Assembly (NCBI RefSeq): GCF_902459465.1 | Contig: NC_047063.1 | Location: forward strand, 7,812,001 to 7,876,000 | Length of the DNA stretch: 64,000 bases | Direction of reading: 5' to 3' | DNA from: Asterias rubens | Lineage: Eukaryota | Part shown: in pieces, positions 49,283 to 62,650 of the stretch | Position numbering within the stretch: position 1 is the first letter of the stretch | Layout of the letters: the number at the start of each line of letters is the position of its first letter | Made by a program: the position numbers and the translations under genes | Notes under the pieces: model-generated | The model's input: the letters and a program-made list of their open reading frames with translations, nothing else | The model's database searches: none | What the model was told of the DNA's origin: nothing

Positions 49283-50058
49283 CCAAGACACTCAACAAAC
49301 ATTTCCACAATAAAAACATCTGACAAGCTGAGGTTCGGTGAGCGAGCAATTGGTGCATATATTGGAATGAGTCATGTATTAAAGTCACCAATGTATGGTT
49401 TGTGGTTGAGATGCTACTGAAATTCGAGTCATGATTCATACATTTGTTTGTGGGAATTTATTTAGTTAATCAAATGTCAATTTTAGTGTTTCAGTATCAA
49501 CAATAATTGAACACAATGTTTAATTTATTGGATCTATGAGTCCGGCATGATATTGGTCATTGGAAAAAGAAATTAGGAAACAATTTGGAGGGAAAAGCGC
49601 TGACCTTTATTTGCAAATGATGTAGGGTTTGATAGACCTTTCATGCTATTCAATAACAATTTGTTTTATTTTTGTAAAAGGCCACAAATCGGAAATCAAA
49701 CTAAAGTATAAGAAGAACTACATGCCTGATGAATACACCGTAAAATCCTAACATGCAAAATTCCCTTTCTTAAACAACTTCGGGAGACTGCTTTTCTCAT
49801 TAAGTCAAATATGTATGAATTAATGGCTTCAAACTTTTACGTCATCATGAGTCACCATGGTATACGTTCAAGTATGGCAGACATCAGTAAGGAATTGTGT
49901 TTCTTTCTGCGACCCCCACAAGTCAACAGCTCGTCGTTTCTGACTCGGAATTGTTTAAAATTTCAAGCCCCGAGGATATCATCCACACAGAAGACAACAT
50001 GTCATTCTGCAGCTAGAATTTCACCTGCGTTTTTTTTTTTTTTACCCCCACTTTCCAA

Positions 50059-50620
50059 TTAGATTACATTCCTTTCTTTCCAAAGGATATGCAAATTGTC
50101 CCGGTCAGAATTTTATTCAGCTATGCGGATTGAGCTTTCCCCCTCCCAAACATGGAATCGTTATTTTGTTTCCAGAATATCATGAAAGATATTGGATGAA
50201 TCACGAGACCCACATATTTCCTAGTTCGGTATTCACAATGTGTTAGTATCAACATTGAATCTCTAAAAGGCACAACTTTATTTTAGATAACATTCCTTTC
50301 CAAAGGAAATGCAAGTTGTCCCGAGCAGAAATTAATTCAGTTATGAGGATTGTTCCCCCCCCCCCCCAATCATGGAAGCGCAAATATTTCGGAATTTCAT
50401 GAAAGACAATCGGATGAGTCACGAGACACAGACACAATTACTAGTTCGGTATTCATGTTAGTAAATTAACATTAAATCCATAAAAATTGGATCTCTCGAA
50501 ATTAACTCAGCTATGCGGATTGTTTTTTCAAAATATCATGCTAGCCAAAATTAACTGAGTCACGAGACACACAGATAATTACTAGTTCGATATTTACCAT
50601 TTGAATCTCTACAAAAAAAA
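50059..50620. repeat. Three ~220-bp degenerate tandem units
   Basis: TCAG(C/T)TATG.GGATTG...TCACGAGAC...CTAGTTCG three times. Confidence 0.85.
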
Positions 50621-50924
50621 GTATGGCACATTTTTTTTGGCAAGCCAACCCAAGTTTGCAGTCTGGATTTCATTTCATAGACGGGAATAATTTGTTTCTC
50701 TGGAGTGCCCCAGCGATCAGAACCGCCAGAGAGAGTGACTGCTCCACTTCAAAATTCATGGACACAACCCAGATAGCACGAGGCAAAGGTAACGGAGCCC
50801 AACGTGTGTCCTCGAGTACGTTATTGAGATATGATTCCAATATGTTAGTCAGACGCACTCAGTTCATTGCAATACAACATTTTTCTCCCCCCCCCCTGTA
50901 TCCCGTGATATGGAAAGAAAAACA

Positions 50925-51296
50925 TTAAAGACACTTGGCACTATTAGTAATTACTCAAGATAATTTTTAGCATAAAACAAGTTACTTGGTATAGAAATGA
51001 GAGTTGTTGATGGTGTAAAACATTGTGAGAAACGGCTCCCTCTGAAGTAACGTAGTTTTAGAGAAATAACTACTTTTTCACTAAAATAATTATTTGAAAT
51101 TAATAAGAGACCTCAGGCTGAGCTATTCAAGGTATCTGAAAGCAAACAACTTAAAATTGTGTTTTTCTTCCATTATTCCCTTATTCAACATCGACAAGGA
51201 ATTGAGTTGGAATTTTCACAGGTTTGTTATTTTATGCATTGTTGAGATACACCAAGTGAGAAGACTGGTCTTTGACAATTACCAAAGGTCCTTTAA
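50925..51296 (-). mobile_element. MITE family 1 copy
   Basis: TTAA ends. Right TIR partly deleted. Confidence 0.85.
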
Positions 51297-51865
51297 GAAG
51301 TCTCTTTTATTTTATTACTTCCGTACTTCATAAACACCATTAGCGCCCGCAGGAGCGAAAACGGCTACTGTTTCCCACCTTTGTAGGCATAAGTATATTA
51401 TCTGTGAAAAAAAAAGTGATATCACCTGAGGTAAAAATAAACATTATTATGATAGCGTCAGAACCATGAAAGGAAATGTGGCGACAGTGTGGGACGAACT
51501 CAAAGGAACACTTTGATTTCTTGTAATTTGTTGCAAAAATCTGATTACATTTTGCAGTTGTTATGCTATTCATAGATAGGCAATTATGGATAAAGTTAAT
51601 AAGTCTTAATGATGGCGGGTTTTACTTTCTAAACTATGCAAAAATATATGCTTCATGGCAGGACAAAACATTGTGTGATCTAAAGGTACAGCGCACATAC
51701 AAATCTTGTGGGACCGAAAAATAAAGAAGAAAAAAAGGCCACCCTTAAAGGGAAGTAATACGTTTGGTAATTACACGTAATGTTTAAAACACAGCAGCTT
51801 TTGATATAGGATGTAAGCACTTGTAGTATTATTTTAATTTGAAGTAATGTTGTTGTAGAACAATA

Positions 51866-51913
51866 TCTATCTCCTGACGATGACTTAAGAAAGCTAGTCG
51901 AAACGTTGAGACA
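51866..51913 (+). ncRNA. Minimal type I hammerhead ribozyme motif (Penelope-like element type)
   Basis: TCTC-CTGACGA-T-GACT(10 nt)AGTC-GAAA-CGTT-GAGA: stem I, intact core, stem II and a loopless palindromic ACGT stem III. Confidence 0.65.
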
Positions 51914-52145
51914 AATTTAAGAACTGCCTCCGCGGTAGTACAAATAACTACGACCCTATAAGCTAAAGTAGTAGTCCCAGCATTTGTTTCTATACCATCC
52001 GCCCGGGTAATAATTAAAAAGCAGGACAGTTCCTTTCAAAACTGAGAAGTCTCCCGAACCCCCGAACAATCTACTCCGCGGTAGTAGAATAAAGCAAGAC
52101 AGTTCTCTAAGAACAAACTCTACCTGGCAAGTAGATTTACACCGC
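51866..52145 (+). mobile_element. Penelope-like retroelement terminal-repeat remnant (related pieces at 60935-61010 and 61185-61300)
   Basis: Hammerhead followed by repeated CTACTCCGCGGTAGTAG dyads and AGCAAGACAGTTCTCTAAGAAC. No ORF remains. Confidence 0.5.
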
Positions 52146-55094
52146 AAACCAAATATATAGAAAATTATATCAGTGTTTCCCCCAAAAAATGTGAATATGA
52201 GATACGTTACTGACAGTAACGTCTGTACGTTACTGACAGTAACGTCTGGCAGGTTGTGTTTTCCAATTACGGGATCACTCTTCCAGCATGGACAAGTTCC
52301 TCCGAATTTTCGATAACATTTTCACAGCTTAGTTGTTTTTGGTATAAGGCCTAAATCTATGTTTTACAGTATTAAACACAATCAAACGGGTCAACAAACC
52401 AAATGTATACTTTCCCTTTAATCGGTAAACATTTCGAAAGTCCCAACATATTCCTGAAAGGAAATTAAATCATCATTTCTCCTCTTCGACGCCGAAACTC
52501 ATTTGCAATTTCCATACAAGGCCTGTATTATTCATTGGGATCTGCTTAATGTACGTGGGCCTTAGAAATGATGTTCACAAAATGTAGAAATTTATCCGAC
52601 CTTTGAGTATCTAATTTCGTTGACTCAATAAGAATCCTATCTGAATAGGTACAAGAGCTATTACATCAATGCTAACAATAGGACCGTTGGGTGTAATTCC
52701 TGTATCTATAAGTTCTATCAATGCTTATTGGCGGATCCAATTCGATAACTCTTAAAGGCCTCTTGGTTAAAAATTGTGGATAATTCGTTTTGCATTAAAA
52801 AAAAAATGCAGACGAACGTCAGAAAATCTCTCTGAAAACGGGGGGGCTATATAGCTTTGAGGGAGGGTATCGTTTGATAACTTAAAACTTACTTGGTAAA
52901 GAGCAACGGGGAGCTATTGATATTAAGAAACATTGTTTAAAACCACAAGTAGTTTTACAGAAAGGGGTAATGTTTTCCAAACACACAACTTGAAACTGAA
53001 AACCAGGCATGAAACCCTTCTCAGATAAGGCATCTGAAAGCACACAAATCTATATGCAACAATGGTGCCTTTTCTTTCAGTATTTCCTTGCAACTTTGAG
53101 CCTAAATTTCACATGTTTTTAATTTTATGCATAATGTAGAGTACAGCAAAGTGAGGATACTGACCCTTGACACCAAATGCCTTTAAGATTCACTCTTCAA
53201 ACTTCCAAGAAACATCTGAAATCACACCTGTTCCCACAATGATTGTTTGGATGTTTATTATTTTAATTTGAAATTTCGATCCATCGTTGGCATATTTATT
53301 GCTATGTATCATCACAAACCGCTGTGATCTTGATGAAATGGCGGTATATGAAATATTTTTGTGGTTATGCATATAATAAAATATATCATATTATAATATA
53401 CGCCAATAGGTTTAAATGGGGATACTGATCTTTGACAACTACCAAAAGTATTCCGTACCTTTAAGATAATAAAATATATCGTAATGTATACCAATTTCAA
53501 AATTCAAGACTTTCACACATCCACTGGTTCGCCCCGAAAAAATAAACACACATCATCTTTAAATACTTTGAATATTTTTTAACCGACACTCAATAAATAT
53601 AGTCTCTCGTTTCCTAGTGGCTTCCAAGGGTCCTTGTCATGTTTGATGTCTCGCAATAACAGAGATATACTGTGCTTATAATAGCTCTCCAACTTCCGGA
53701 CGGAACCGGGCTTCTGGTTTTCCCGGTGAGAAAACAATTTATAGGAGATGCTCGTGTTCAGGGACAAAAATATGAATGTCAACCAAAGACATCGGGTAAT
53801 CTTCCAGGGACGAATATTGAACAATATGGAAGGCAAATATTTGCATAGAATGTATGTCACTTGATGTGTTACAACAATGAATACAGCGGTAGCAACTACT
53901 AATAACAAACTATACTGATACTAATAATAAGGGACACACTGGTGGAATTAACACTAACAAACTAGACCTAGGTTTTTTTATTTACAACAAAAACAAAGTG
54001 TTCGAAAGATGTGTCCAAATTAGCCGAGCTGCTATAAAAAGTAACTAAAGAGACAATTTGGATGGAAACTTTGTATGCATTTTTGATAAAGTCCTGTAGG
54101 AAATATTGTAGTCAATATTGATTTGGCCTTTTAGGAAATATTGTAGGAAATTATGCCTTAAGTTAATTGGGGTTGTTGTAACTTGCATTTCAGAATCGAG
54201 AAACTTGATCCAGCCTAATTTGAAAAAAAACCCGATAATATGCGTGGAGTTAATTCGGGTTTTAATCATTTGAATTTTAGATTGAAGAAACTTTGATGGG
54301 GCCTAATTTACAAACAGATGACGTCATCGTGACGTCCTCCTAGCATATTTGCATGATATTTCAAAGCAGCAACAATACTATTTCATCAGATGCAATGAAG
54401 GGGCGCCAAGTACATGTGATATATGACTTGTTTAAATGGGCACAACTGTTTTCTTTTAAACATTTTTCCCTTTACATGTCTCGTTTGTGATCGGTGCTTT
54501 TTTAATATTCACAGCAGCGTTTTTGTTTCCACGTTATAAAGGCCTGCTGAGCAATCTTATTAGTTTTCCATCAGTTTCTTTCCAGTTATATGCTCCAATT
54601 GTCATTTATGTAGCCGAGCACAGCCACAATCATGGATGCACATTTTGTTTGTGTCCATTTTATTAACAACCGTTTGAAAACCACTGATGTACATAACAGT
54701 TATCTAAACCTTAGTTTTACCATCAATTATTAACCGCTGCGTCAATGATGAATAAAAGGGCTTGAGTTTGTCGAATACAAGATCTGCAAAGAAATACTCA
54801 ATATTTATCTGCAAAAAAAAGGTTATGGCCTGACGTTTCGACCCTAGAAGAGTCTTTCTCGAAGATTTTTGTAATAAGACTCTGCTAACGTCGAGACGTC
54901 TTGCATTTGTAACATAGGTCATGGTTGGTAAGCAGTTTGCAACACCTAATTCTCTTTTTTTTTCTCTCAATATTTATAAGTTGTGCATTTGGTATCTTTG
55001 TAGAAAAAAAGGTGTACCCATGAATGTGACACATGCACGTGACAGTAACAAGATGTCCGTGCAGCAATGTGAACACCTCTTGTTATTTATCAAA

Positions 55095-55467
55095 TGTTAT
55101 TTTACCATATCCGGTTCTATTCTTCATAAAGTGATGCGATGAAATGAAAATGAAGTGAGTTTACAGATCGTAATCTAATCAACTGATAGAATCAACGTGG
55201 TACCTCTATATTGATGACACCATTCCCCCGTGAAAGAAACTCATATCAGTCTCAAAAGAAAATCTACCCCTTAACGAACGTTATTTTACTTTATGAGGTT
55301 TTATTCTTCATAAGTGATGAGATAACTTGAAAATGAAGTGAGTTTTCTCATCTTGATTTAATCAACTGATAGAATCAACTTGGTACCTCTAAATTGATGA
55401 GTCCCCATTACGTGAATCAAACTTATCTTTGTCTACGTCTCAGAAAAGAAAATTTACCCCCTTAAGG
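55095..55467. repeat. Two ~190-bp tandem units
   Basis: TTCTTCATAA..TGATG...AATCAACTGATAGAATCAAC.TGGTACCTCTA twice. Confidence 0.88.
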
Positions 55468-57269
55468 TTTAACCGTCCACGCTATATGCATAACATTGCG
55501 AGCGTGAAACTACAGATAACCCCCGTGGGGGTATGAGTGATATAAACCGGCGGATGCTTCTAAGTAAAATGTTGACGAACAGCGTTCCAAGATCCTCTCG
55601 GCAAGAGGGATTGTTTGATTTGACAATCAAGCGATGCATGCTGCGATTCTACCCTTCTACTCTTCTTCCGCAGATGAAGTCGCGGGTTTTTTTTTTCAAT
55701 GTCATTCAACCTCAAGCTATTTGTCATTTTCATGTGAAGTGGCTAATAATTAATCTGAACCGGTTTGGGGAAGGAGTGCTTGATCGCTCTATGGGCTCAT
55801 TGCAGGTGAGCCAGAAACCGATTATACGGGTGCACTTTAAAGGGTGGATTGGTTTTTTTCTGAGAACATTTCTTTTTAAAATACTTGAACACTGACGTTT
55901 GATGATAACATCGATGATTCAAGCTATAATACTGAACATTTACACTAAAAACAAGCTTAGGTTTAAAGGGCTTGGGTACTTTTTGTACGACACAAAACAC
56001 AAATGTCCCGCACAAATTTACATTAACCTTCACGGTTTATCTATAATGATGATGAGAGAAAACTTCCCTTATAATATTACTCGCTGTAGTTTTTGAGAAA
56101 CAATTTCACGAAAAGAATGTTGTTTAGCATGTACAACGGATTCACGCAACTCTCCTGAAAACATCACTCTGTGATTTTCCTTTTCTTCAAATACCATCAA
56201 AACATTTTAGCTTCATATGCATGTAAATCATTCTTATCCTGTCCCGATCCTCCAAACTATAATTAAGTAGTAGTTCTGTTGGAACATGCAAATCACAATT
56301 ACCCTCTCCAGCCAATTACATTCACGGTTATCGAACTTTGAACCAATCAAATGTGTCCTTTTTTTATACGCACCACATCAGTTTCTGTAAAGTCGGTAAA
56401 ATCCCTACACAAGCAAGTGCACAGTGCATGCTCAAGTGAAGTACACGTACTCATGTGCTTAAGGAACTGAAGCAGTAATATGAATAACTGTAGATTATTT
56501 GAAGCTGACAGAATACGCAGTGACCCTTACTCAAAGATACTTTTGACCAAAACAAACTGTCATTTTGACCTGGAGATTGCCCTTAGGACAAGCGTGAGTC
56601 AATTTGGACCCAAAGCTATTTTGCGTGTAAAATACCAAAAGATATACTGCACTTTAGAGTAAATCATATACTTTTCCTAATATAAGTAAAGCTCCCACTT
56701 GTTTGTGTATTACAAAAACAGAAGTCACCCGTAAACGGCTGTCAGCCTTCGTTATTAAAGGCTTTTGAACTTCATGCCTGAATGCACTGGGCAAATTCTG
56801 CCAATTGGTTGAAAGGCACTTTTAGGAGAAAATTCCAAATGTATGTGTAAGACTTCAAAGTACAACAAGGCAATGACCAGCGGCCTGGAGAGAAAGTATC
56901 CTCTGCTGCTTTATATGAGAAGTTCAAGGCAGAATACAATCAGATAATGAAGTGTTCGGAAATACTCCCTCCATGGACAAACTTCAGATAAATTTGAAGG
57001 TTACATTAATACTTGGGGAGCTAACCGGACAAACTGTGGCTTATAAATAACCTACTGTAACCGACTTGCAGGACAATTTGGGCTTGTAGCTTCTTTCTGC
57101 TACGCAACTTTGTGCAAGGAACGTTGACATATTGGGCGTTATGATGTTAAAGTGATATTGAAGTGACGACGTCACTAGTGTGACATTACATTTCTGTGTA
57201 AAGTTGTTAAACCACGAGCAAAATATTCCCGAATGTTCGATAATGTAACATTATACAGCTATGAGAAGC

Positions 57270-57425
57270 AAACAACAACAACAACAACAACAACGTAAAC
57301 AAGAACAACCACTGCAGCAACAACAACACCACAAACAACAGCAGCAACAGCAACAGCTAAGCGAAAAGTTACACCAACAGCAACAATATCATCCAGCAGC
57401 AGGAGCAGCAGCAGCAATATTAACA
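57270..57425. repeat. Degenerate (CAA/CAG)n repeat running into the gap
   Basis: Direct units. Confidence 0.9.
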
Positions 57426-57770
57426 NNNNNNNNNNNNNNNNNNNNNNNNNNNNNNNNNNNNNNNNNNNNNNNNNNNNNNNNNNNNNNNNNNNNNNNNNNN
57501 NNNNNNNNNNNNNNNNNNNNNNNNNNNNNNNNNNNNNNNNNNNNNNNNNNNNNNNNNNNNNNNNNNNNNNNNNNNNNNNNNNNNNNNNNNNNNNNNNNNN
57601 NNNNNNNNNNNNNNNNNNNNNNNNNNNNNNNNNNNNNNNNNNNNNNNNNNNNNNNNNNNNNNNNNNNNNNNNNNNNNNNNNNNNNNNNNNNNNNNNNNNN
57701 NNNNNNNNNNNNNNNNNNNNNNNNNNNNNNNNNNNNNNNNNNNNNNNNNNNNNNNNNNNNNNNNNNNNNN
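57426..57770. other. Assembly gap (345 N)
   Basis: Run of N. Confidence 1.
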
Positions 57771-58428
57771 TGTATGACCTTCGATGGTTCCTTTGTGTTT
57801 TAATAATAAAATGGTATAACTTACTCCCAATGCATTGGTGAACTAACTTTAACAAAATTTTAAAAAATTACTATCTCTAAAAAAGAAACCAAAATAGCAC
57901 AGGTTTATAAGGCCTGTACTTCTTTGCAAATGTTGAACTTCTTTGCAATGGTTTACCGATAGCAACATATTAAATATTCATACATCCCTTAGGGGCAAGG
58001 TATTCTTGTACAGTACCGCCCGTCCTAATCATGACAAGAAGCTATTCTGTTCGTCAAGTTGTTTTCCGTAAAGTCAGAATTATTTATTCCGATGTGTTTC
58101 ACTTCACCCAGGAATCAGTGGCTGAGCGAAGGATTGCACTGACGGGGCAATTTACTCGGCACGTCACAGAAGAGGCAATTATGTGAGACCGAATCAAAGA
58201 CTAGTTCTGGCATGAGACTTGACTTAAAGGGGCAAGGCAGTTTACCGCTTCACTAAGAAACCCACCTTCTACAAGAAGCATGGACATTTATTTATGGAGG
58301 AACTGAGAGATATTATATTCTTTTCTTTTTTTACGACAGCACGCAAATGCTCCTTCTGGCACGCAGCGTAAAGCCTGACTTAAAGTTGCCCATGACTCAA
58401 ACAAAAATTGCAATACCCCGAAGAAATG

Positions 58429-58929
58429 TTGAAGGCACTGGACACATTTGGTAATTGTCAAAGACCAGTATTCTTACTTGGTGTATCCCAGCAAATGCAA
58501 CAAAAAACAAAACAAAATTGTTTTCAATTGGTCATCGAAGATGCTCGAGAATAATGACAGAAAAAACACTGGAAAGGCACTGGACACTTTTGTTAACTAT
58601 GCTCAAAAGAATTGTTAGCATAAAAACTTACTTGGTAACGAGCAATGGGGAGCTGCTGATAATATAAAACGCTGTGAGAAACGGCTCCCTCTGAAGTAAT
58701 AGCATTTGAAACAGAGGTAATTCCCCACCAAAGTATTTCAAAGATACTTTAGGCCTGAAGCCTTGTTCATGCATCTGAAGCACATACAGATTGTGATGAT
58801 CAAGGGCGTTTTTTCGTTCATTATTCTCCTGCATCTTCGATGAGCCCACTTTCACAGATTTCACAGATGGGATGCACCAAGTGAGAATACAGGTCTTCCA
58901 CAATTACCAAAGGTTTTTAGTGCCTTTAA
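58429..58929. mobile_element. MITE family 1: plus 5' fragment (58429-58570) followed by a minus copy (58572-58929)
   Basis: Two TIR starts (AGGCACTGGACAC) and a terminal TGCCTTTAA. Confidence 0.8.
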
Positions 58930-59192
58930 AGATACAGAGGAGTACCACTTCACAAAAGAAAAACTGATTTTATAAAAGAAGCCTGGAACATTTATTCATA
59001 AAAAAAATACTGAGAGAGAGAGAAAGTATACTTTTTTCAGACATCATAGATTCACTATTCTGGCACCCAGTGTATAAGGCTTGAATTGAAGGGACATAGA
59101 GCAGTACTGCATCACAAGGACACCCACCCATCTTATACAAAAAAAGGGCTGAAAATGTATTTACTGAGAGAGAAAAAAAACATGCTTCTTCT

Positions 59193-59561
59193 TTAAATAC
59201 ACTGGACACTGTGGTAATTGCCAAAGACCAGTCTTTTCACTGGGTGTATCTAAAAAAAACATGCATAAAATTTGAGTTCAATTGGTCGTCGAAGTTGCGA
59301 GACAGTAATGAAAGAGAAATCACCCTTGTCACACGAAGTTGTGTGCTTTCAGATGCTCGATTTCGAGACCTCGTATTCTAAATCTGAGGTCTCAAAATCA
59401 AATTCGTGGAAAATTATTTCTTTCTCGAAAACTACGTTTCTTCTGAGGGAGCCTATTCACACAATGTTTTAAACTATCAACCTCTTCTCATTACTCGTTA
59501 CTAAGTAAGGTTTAATGCTAATAACTTATCGAGTAAGTACCAATAGTGTCCACTGCCTTTA
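59193..59561 (+). mobile_element. MITE family 1, near-full copy
   Basis: TIRs and central hairpin. Right TSD is mutated (TTAG). Confidence 0.85.
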
Positions 59562-59940
59562 GGTCATCTCTTTTTAAATGCTGTGAATGAGCAGTTAGAT
59601 TGTGGCAGGATACCAAGATCTGGGTCAGGAGTCATTCTTGACTCACCCTTCACCTGATTCTTACTATCTTGGTTTGTGATTCTATCGAACTACGACCGCC
59701 TTCTCTTTTCAACTGTTTGCTATTTCTTGATGTATTTTCTGTAATAGTTGTTATTTATTTACCATGGAAGTGACAGTCAGAGAGCAGAATTCTAAAGGGA
59801 GATTGTGCATGGCGGTCTATATGATAATTTATCACATAAATTATGATCATGTGCTTTTTGTAGTATTACTTCAGTGAAGATAACAGTAAAGTTTCTTGGA
59901 AGATGTTGTCTTCATTCTAAACAGTTTTTACATAGACACT

Positions 59941-60320
59941 ATAAAGACACCCTTGGTATTTGTCAAAGACCAGTCTTCTCACTTGGTGTATTTCAACAAA
60001 GGTACGAAATAACAAACCTGTGAAAATTCGGACTCAATTTGGTCATCAAAGTTGCGAGATAATAATGGAAGAAAAAACATCCTTGTCACACGGAGTTGTG
60101 TGCTTTCAGATGCTTGATTTCGGGACCTCAATATCCAATTCTGAGGTCTCGAAATCAAATTCAAATATTTTAGTGGGAATTACTTCTTTATCGAACACTA
60201 CGTTACTTCAGAGGGAGCCGTTTTTCGCAATATGTTATACTATCAATAGCTCTCCATTGCTTGCTACCAAGTAACTTTTTATGCTAACAATTACCAAAAG
60301 GAAGTGTCCAGTGCTTTTAA
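59941..60320 (+). mobile_element. MITE family 1 copy, followed at a shared TTAA by a decayed minus copy (~60317-60590)
   Basis: Body and right TIR are clear. Left TIR shortened. Confidence 0.82.
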
Positions 60321-60929
60321 AGGAAAAAAAATTGTAGTTATACTCCAAAAATTAATTAACATAAAAACTTATATTTTAGTGAAGAGCACTGGAAAGCTTT
60401 TGATTTGATAACATATAGTTCAAGCCTTCGAGTATGAAGCCTTCCTCAGGCATCTTAAAACTCATAATCCTATGTTTTCCGGGGTTTTCTTGTGACTTCA
60501 ATGACTAATTTGACCCCAAATTGTTATTTTTATGCATATTGAAATAAAAAAGTGACGATACTTGTCTTTGCCAATTACCAAAATTAAATTAACTTCACAC
60601 ACTAACTTGCAGTCAAGTTATTGTATCTATGTTTACGTTAAAAAGTATGAAAAGAAAACATAAACAAAATTCACCTTATTATTTCAGTACTGTTTTTCGT
60701 CCTTTGACGCAATGTTTACTTTCCACTAACTCAGCCCGGGCTGCCAAGAAAATATGTTGTTATTAATAACAAAAACCGTGAATAACAACCAAAAGAAACG
60801 AACTTCAGAGTTGATTTACAAACACCTGGACAAGCAGCGAGTGCATATCCAATCTTAATTCACACATTGTTGGAGTTTCCGGGCAAAAATGTATGCGGCA
60901 TATCATAATTTCAATGATAGCTGCAAATC

Positions 60930-61500
60930 ATGACATTTTATGGCAGAGGACAGTTCTTTTCAAATTAAGCAGTCTATATATTTCCCAAATCTACTCTGCG
61001 GCAGTAGATATACACATCGATAACTCGCCACACAGTCTTTCTAAACCTTAAACTTGCCCCATCTGTTATTATTTTCGTGAAGAAGGGATTTGTGGGCTCA
61101 GTGTGAAAAGGTGAGTTTGAGTGTGAGACAACAAGCTACCTCAACTCATCTACAAGGTCTTTTCAAAACTAATTAGTCTCCAGAATTCCGAAATCTACTC
61201 CACGGAAGTAGTATAGTGTAAGACAAGTTCAGAACAATCTACACTAAATACTGACTGATAACTCGTCATGCAATGGCAGGACAGTTCTTTTCAGAACAAA
61301 GTAGACAGAATTCTTCAGAGTCTTCAGAATTTAGAAATCTACAAAACTAATATTGATAACTTGACATTCAGTGCCTCAAAACCCACACTTGCCCCATCTG
61401 TTATCATTTTTTCGTGAAGTAAAGATTTATGGGCTCATTGTGAAAAGGCGAGTGGGAGTGGGAGACAACAAGCTACCTCCCTCCTTTGCAAGGTGCTAGC
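60930..61500. repeat. Two ~330-bp tandem units
   Basis: ACTTGCCCCATCTGTTAT...GTGAAAAGG.GAGT...GAGACAACAAGCTACCTC twice. Confidence 0.82.
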
Positions 61501-62188
61501 TTTGTTGTCCACCTGCTTGAGTGGGGGCGTGTAAAGATAATTCAGCACCCGGGGACATCAACTTGTAAAACTCAATTGAAATTGTGAAAGTACCAATAGA
61601 AGCTGTTCACCAATTAACGGTGTTTCAGCTCAAATTGGAGATGTCAACAACTCTCGTCAGTCAAAAACTGGAGCTTCCAAATTTTAAAATTGACACGACT
61701 CCCTGTTTCCACCTTGGGTCATTTTTCAGGTAATGCAGTTCTTGTAATTTTTTTTCTCTCAAAAGTTCTTCTTGACAAGACCTTCCCAGGGGTGTGCTGT
61801 TAACTGTAGACTTTGATCAACCCCCGAAGACACTAAGCTTACAGTCTTCTCCTGCCCTCTGCCATTTGAACAGTCAACGTTAAGAAAAGGAATAAAGCTG
61901 ACGGCGAGTCGATCAAGTGGAAATATTCTATCAGTTTATGTGTTGTCCACGCGGCAGACCACGCTACGCTAGATTAGAAAACCGAACGGACTGATCAACT
62001 GTTAATGAAATGGGAAAAGGGCAGGTAGGGTTTTTTTTCGCCACTGAATTTTAGCAGGAATCCTTTCATACTGATCAACATAATATGATAATAAGGCATT
62101 TGTGAATCTGCTAGCTTTAAGTGCATCCACATGATGTTCCGATTGACTTCTAATGGTCGTCTGTGAGTATGGATTAACTCTTGCTTAG

Positions 62189-62650
62189 TTAAAGGCACTG
62201 GACACAACAGCGATCACTCGAAATAATTGTTAGCATAAATCTTACTTGGAGTAACGAGCAATGGAGAGCTGTTGTGAGAAACGGCTCCCTCTGTGAAGCG
62301 AGCGCACTAGTAGAAAGAGGTAATTTCTCCCTCAAGTAAGAAAATGCTTCAGCTGAAGACTTTTATTATGCGTCTTAAATAACACAAACAAATGCAACAT
62401 AGTGTAGTTTTATAGAAAGGGGTGATTTTCACCCCAAAATTTGAACATGATAAAGGTATTCAGGCATGAAGCATTTTCCAGCAGGCATCTGAAAGCATTT
62501 TAAGGGTGTTTTTTCTTTCAATATTTTCTTGCAACTTCGATGACCAATTGAGCCAAAATTTTCGCAGGTTTGTTATGTTATGCATATGTTGGGATACACC
62601 AAGTGAGAAAACTGGTCTTGACATTCACCAAAGGTGTCCAGTGCCTTTAA
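62189..62650 (-). mobile_element. MITE family 1 copy (subtype B) with an internal duplication
   Basis: TTAA ends. The central segment is present twice. CTTCAGCTGAAG palindrome at 62347-62358. Confidence 0.85.

Noticed and set aside
40596-55467. Regularly spaced repeats considered as CRISPR-like arrays
   Set aside because: The units are long, degenerate and contiguous, with no unique spacers. The context is eukaryotic and there are no cas genes.
56860-56990. Plus frame GEKVSSAALYEKFKAEY resembling a winged-helix or D5 helicase C-terminus
   Set aside because: Short, bounded by stops, and no other motifs.
57261-57425. PolyQ/polyA ORF next to the gap
   Set aside because: The repeat register shifts from CAG to GCA mid-way, as expected of a neutral microsatellite. 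ORF length is inflated by Ns.
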